The notes under the pieces were generated by a model. The model saw nothing but the letters and a program-made list of their open reading frames with translations, did not search any database and was not told the origin of the DNA. A stretch of 64,000 nt of DNA from Chrysemys picta bellii (lineage: Eukaryota), in NCBI RefSeq assembly GCF_011386835.1, contig NC_088815.1, positions 14,942,001 to 15,006,000 on the forward strand. The letters are read 5' to 3'. The position numbers and the translations under genes were made by a program. This document shows positions 59,696 to 64,000 of this stretch, piece after piece (position 1 is the first letter of the stretch; each line of letters begins with the position of its first letter).

Positions 59696-61667
59696 GGCGA
59701 GGGCCCTGTCCCCGCTGCATCCAGCACAATCTCTTAGCTGACTCAGCAGGACAGTGGGCTGAATTCCAGAATGGAGCCAGGTGACGGTTCTCTTCCCCGG
59801 CCCCTTCCACTCCCCTATGAGCTGTTCCACCCAGGAACCAGAGCTAGGGCTGGGGGAGAGAAAGGACGGTTAGGATATGAGAATGTGAGTAATTAATGGG
59901 AATGGCTTTAAAATGGAATCCCGTAGAACAGAGCCCATCCAAAAGGGGAGGAGACGGGGGGTCTAAACCCTCGAGTCTCATCCCCCTTAGAGCTACTTCT
60001 GATGTCCACCTGGATGCTCCAGTGAGTGCAGAACATATCTACGCCTTCTGCTGGCTGGCACGAACACGGCTCTGCAAAGGTCTGAGCCGAGGCCCAAGTT
60101 GGGAGCCCCGTGTCTCTCGTACCTTACCACAACGGCTGGGAAACCTTTGGTGCTCTCTGAACCTGAGTTTAATCACTCCATGGCTTTCTCATCTGGGGGC
60201 CTTTGCCTTTGGGCTTGCTGACTTTGGCAGGCAGCAGAGCCCAGGTCTGACAACCTGCAGGGCACAATGTGAAGACGTGTTTCTTGCAGTGATCCTACTC
60301 TCTGTGCTATGAAAATACCCTGCAGCCCAGGTGGAACGTGCTCTAGAAATGGCAGCTGAAGCCACAACCCCAGAGCACTTCCCTGCCCCCCGGCCCGGGG
60401 GCTGCTGCGCAAGTCTGGTTTATCTGGGCAGATCATTCTGCTGATCTGATCCTTTGGGGCCTGCCGCAAGGTGTGTTGTGCTTTGGATGGCATGAGGCCC
60501 ATGTGCTGCCCGGGTCTGGGCTGAATGTTACAACACCAGCATCTGAGAGAAAGGAGAAGCTGCCCTGCCCTGCCCTGGCAGGTAATTCAAAAGCCCTGCA
60601 GCGTCAGTGTGGATTCCTCAAACAGGCCTCACTTGGGCAGTGGGGGCAAGCTTCCTGCATGCGCCATCACGTTTACCGGCATGGCTGAACCACAGCAAGA
60701 GGGGCAGCTCATTCTCCGTGGCCCATCCCCCCATCTCTGCTGGCCAATGAGGGGGCCAGTTACTGGATGCATATGGGGACTGGGCTGAGCCCCACCAGCC
60801 TAATTTCGCACCAGCAGCTTCCGACTGCTGCCCTAGTGGTAAAATGCCTCATTCTAAATCCCGCAGGCTTTCGCGGGAGTGCCCCAGAGCGGAAATCTCA
60901 CTCTGAGATCTGCCAGAGCAAATCTTCCTCTTAAAAATCATAGTTAACAATCGTATCTTGGGCAGAACCGCCCCTCCCCATGCACATACTTCAGAATTTA
61001 TAACAGGAGGGCGCTAAGCATCAGCTTCTCTTGAAGGAGCAGCCGTGTTAAGGACCATCACCAGTGCAAAGATTAAAACAAATGTCTGGTCTCCACTCAT
61101 TCAGCACAGGGGGCCGGGCAGGTGAACAGGACATGATAAGCGATTCAGTGAACCAAGCGTGCATGCCACAGGCTGGCGGGCAGGATTGCTGGGCCAGGAT
61201 TGATGGCGGCAAAGAACGAAAGAACCTCCAAGGGGAAAACTTCCCCATGAGTATGCAATAGTCAGGGAAAGGACAGGGAGAAAGATGGAAGGGAGTGAAA
61301 TAGCTTGAGCCAAAGGCAGCTTTGTAGTAGACAGGAGAAACCGCTCTCTGCACCCTCCTTTTGTTCCCACCCACCAAAGAAACCCGTTGGATGCAATAGA
61401 GGATCTAAAGCAACCAATAAGAGCCTGCCTCCCTATCTCCACCCCACCCCACCCCACGAGCCTTGGCAGGAGGCTGCATTTTAACACATGCCCTTGTGGT
61501 TAGGAATCCACAGCTGCGGGAGGAGTTGGAGAGATCTTGGAAATGTCAGGCAGGAATTTAACAGATTGCTGCTGCCTGCGTTGCACTGGATTGCACTCCT
61601 GAGAAAGCAGAGCAGTGACTGAAGAAACATCCTTTCCCCGAGGGCTCAGGCAGGGCTAGGACCCTGC

Positions 61668-61790
61668 TAGGGTGACCAGATGTCCCGATTTTATAGGGAC
61701 AGTCCCGATTTTTGGATCTTTTTCTTATATAGGCTCCTATTACCCCCCCTCTCCCCCGTCCCGATTTTTCACATTTGCTGTCTGGTCACC
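61668..61790. mobile_element. hAT-type MITE (TAGGGTGACCAGA family), copy 2
   Basis: Near-identical to 44354-44474; the right end has lost a few bases, and partial TSD CCCTGC remains. Confidence 0.88.
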
Positions 61791-62019
61791 CCCTGCTAGG
61801 CAGCAAGGATTGTGTCAAAAGAGAGAGAACAGAGAGGATGACCAGTGAGAAGCACTGGAGATGCTACTGCACTGTACAAACTCAGCTACTGAACGGGCTT
61901 TTGAAATTCTACCCCTTTATCTGACCTGGTTTATTCCTGACTATGGGAAAACACTGCTTTTGTAGGATTTTGCACCATCGTCCCCTTGGGAAGGGGCTAG
62001 CAAATGTTGTTAGTGCTTA

Positions 62020-62115
62020 GAAGGGGAGTAAATTCTAACCCCAGCTCTGCCACTGACTCCTGTGTCCTGGGGCAAGTCCCTGCCCCTCTGTGTCTCAGTT
62101 TCCACACCTGTAAAA
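62020..62115 (+). mobile_element. MIR/CORE SINE
   Basis: cccagctctgccactgactc...gggcaagtc...ctctgtgtctcagtttcc...ctgtaaaa. Confidence 0.7.
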
Positions 62116-63334
62116 CAGCTGTGCAGCTCTAATAACGAGGATTAATGAGTGACCACTGTGAGCTGCTCTGATTAAAGGCATCCGTAGCTGCATGCTGGAA
62201 GTGTGCGAAGGTGTGCGTGACTGCTCACTCAAACAATCCCTTGGGACGGTGAAGATGAATGATGGGATCTGAATCAGGAACGGGCTCAAGAACTGAGCTC
62301 CCCAGTGGCTGCGTCAGGCTCCTCGGTTACAGTGTGAATGTTGTCTTGCTGTAGCCTGCCAGGCCTGCATCTGTGATGCGCGTGTTTCTGTAGATCCGTC
62401 CCAGTGCGTGCATTACAGACGCGTTCACGCAGACTTTCCTGGGGCAGGCTCGGGAGGGTCGCATGTCAGATGTTTCTCGGTGGGTGTGCACAGGGAGCGG
62501 GGTAGAGGGAGGAGGAAAGGAAATGGGGGGCCTCTGGAGATAGGGATTCATGTGTGCATACACTACTTAAACCACAGGGGGTCTGACTGGGATTCGATTT
62601 GATCCCTCTGCTCAGCAGGTTCATCCTATCGCTCTTCAGTGCTGTCTCCTAAGAAGGAGCAGCTGCAGCCTCTCTTGATGGGGCCCTCACTGGGAGACGG
62701 GGTCTCTCCTTTTCCAGCAGGTGGGGGTGGTTCAGTTGCATTCTCTGAATGGACGGGGTCAGGGCTATTTAAAAAGATACCCCTTCCGAATGGGCCTGTA
62801 GGAGAAGCTGCCAAAGGAGAGGGGGATGCGTTGTCCTGGATGGACCGGACACCCAGCTCTCCCCCAGGGCTCAGTCGTGCCATGATTATTAGAGAATAGA
62901 GGGGTGAGCATTGGCTTTTAACCCTCTCCAGGTTTTGTCTTGTTCAGTAAATGCAGCACTGGTGAAAGTGCTGGATCAGGAATCCTAGAAATCAGCGTTG
63001 TCTCCTTGTCCCTGGGATGGCAGACATTTGGGCATGCGTCCCTCACCCTACCCTGTGTCCTGACGCGGAAGGGCTCACCTCTAGGGGCTGGAGGGAATTC
63101 AGTCTCTTGGGCCCATTCAGTTCTTAGCTCCTCTGTCGAGACCACCAGCAATGGCGACACACCAATGATTAGCTGCTCTGGTGTTTGTGATGTGGGCACC
63201 AATCGGCCAGGAAATGAACTCGGACACTGAGGTGATGTCGGCCATATAAGAACCTAGCTAGAAATAAGGCCAGCAGACCGTTTCAGATAAACTGCCTTTT
63301 GGTGGGATGACCAAGCCCGGCCTAGGTTCAAATC

Positions 63335-63500
63335 AGTGACTGACTCTGGGACTGAGCGACAGGGGATGGATCACTTAATGATTCCCTGTTCCATTCATCC
63401 CCTCTGGGGCACCTGGCATTGGCCACTGTTGGAAGACAGGAGACTGGGCTAGATGGACCTTTGGTCTGACCCAGTGTGGCCACTCTTATGGTCTTACGAC
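63335..63500 (+). mobile_element. CR1 3' end (same tail family as 15905-17762)
   Basis: ggaagacagga..ctgggctagatggacc..tggtctgacccagt.tggcc..tcttatg. Confidence 0.8.
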
Positions 63501-64000
63501 TCAGAGGTGAATGGGTCCGTATCTCCTTGCCCAATCGCCAGTCTCCTCCCAACACCTGCTAGTCAATCTCAGCAAGTGGAGTTTTCCTCCTGGAGGCATC
63601 TCCTTCAGGATAAGATCTCATTGCAAGAGGAGAAAACAACACAGCCTTAAGACAGCACTGTGATGCTGCAATTCTTGTGTGAGGTGCCTTGATTCCATGG
63701 TGATGGGCACATTAGAAATCGCTAGATTAGCTAGACCATCTCTTTGTTCCCTTTGAAACTGCTGAGTTTTGCCCAGGAGAGTGGCTGGTTGGATTCCCTG
63801 CAGCCAGGAGGGTAGAACATATTCATCAGTCAGCAGGTCATCTTAAACTAACAGTGGGACATTTAATAAGCAAGTTCTCCCCTTCCCTCTCAGTCTGGGA
63901 CCAAAACCAGCGCAAAGGGGCCTGGATCCTTTCCAGTTGCCATCATCAGGCACTCACTGATCGGTCTCAGTCTGAGCCAGATCTTTGTCCTTTAACTTTG

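Overview
Vertebrate genomic DNA with spliced genes; the repeat content (CR1 LINEs, Penelope-like elements, hAT/Tigger/Harbinger MITEs, MIR/LF-SINE fossils) points to a sauropsid, most likely a turtle. Gene order: 5' part of ARMC6 (minus strand, runs off the left edge) <- CpG-island bidirectional promoter (~6.2-7.6 kb) -> complete SUGP2 (9 coding exons, 1098 aa) -> second CpG island (~30.7-31.7 kb) -> complete class-4 semaphorin of the SEMA4D/4E type (14 coding exons, 816 aa) -> probable first exon of HOMER3 (ATGGG|GTGAGA at 56146). All exon phases were checked by hand. Most notable: the first coding exons of the head-to-head genes ARMC6 and SUGP2 are homologous (18/38 ungapped identities, same intron phase), suggesting SUGP2 gained its N-terminus by inverted duplication of the ARMC6 5' end. 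Also of note: an intact semaphorin between SUGP2 and HOMER3 that is not recalled at the human locus; two fold-back Penelope insertions with 12-bp TSDs and minimal hammerhead ribozymes, one inside a CR1 and one hosting a CR1; and a semaphorin intron with two equivalent splice registers. Family names come from recognition, not database searches.
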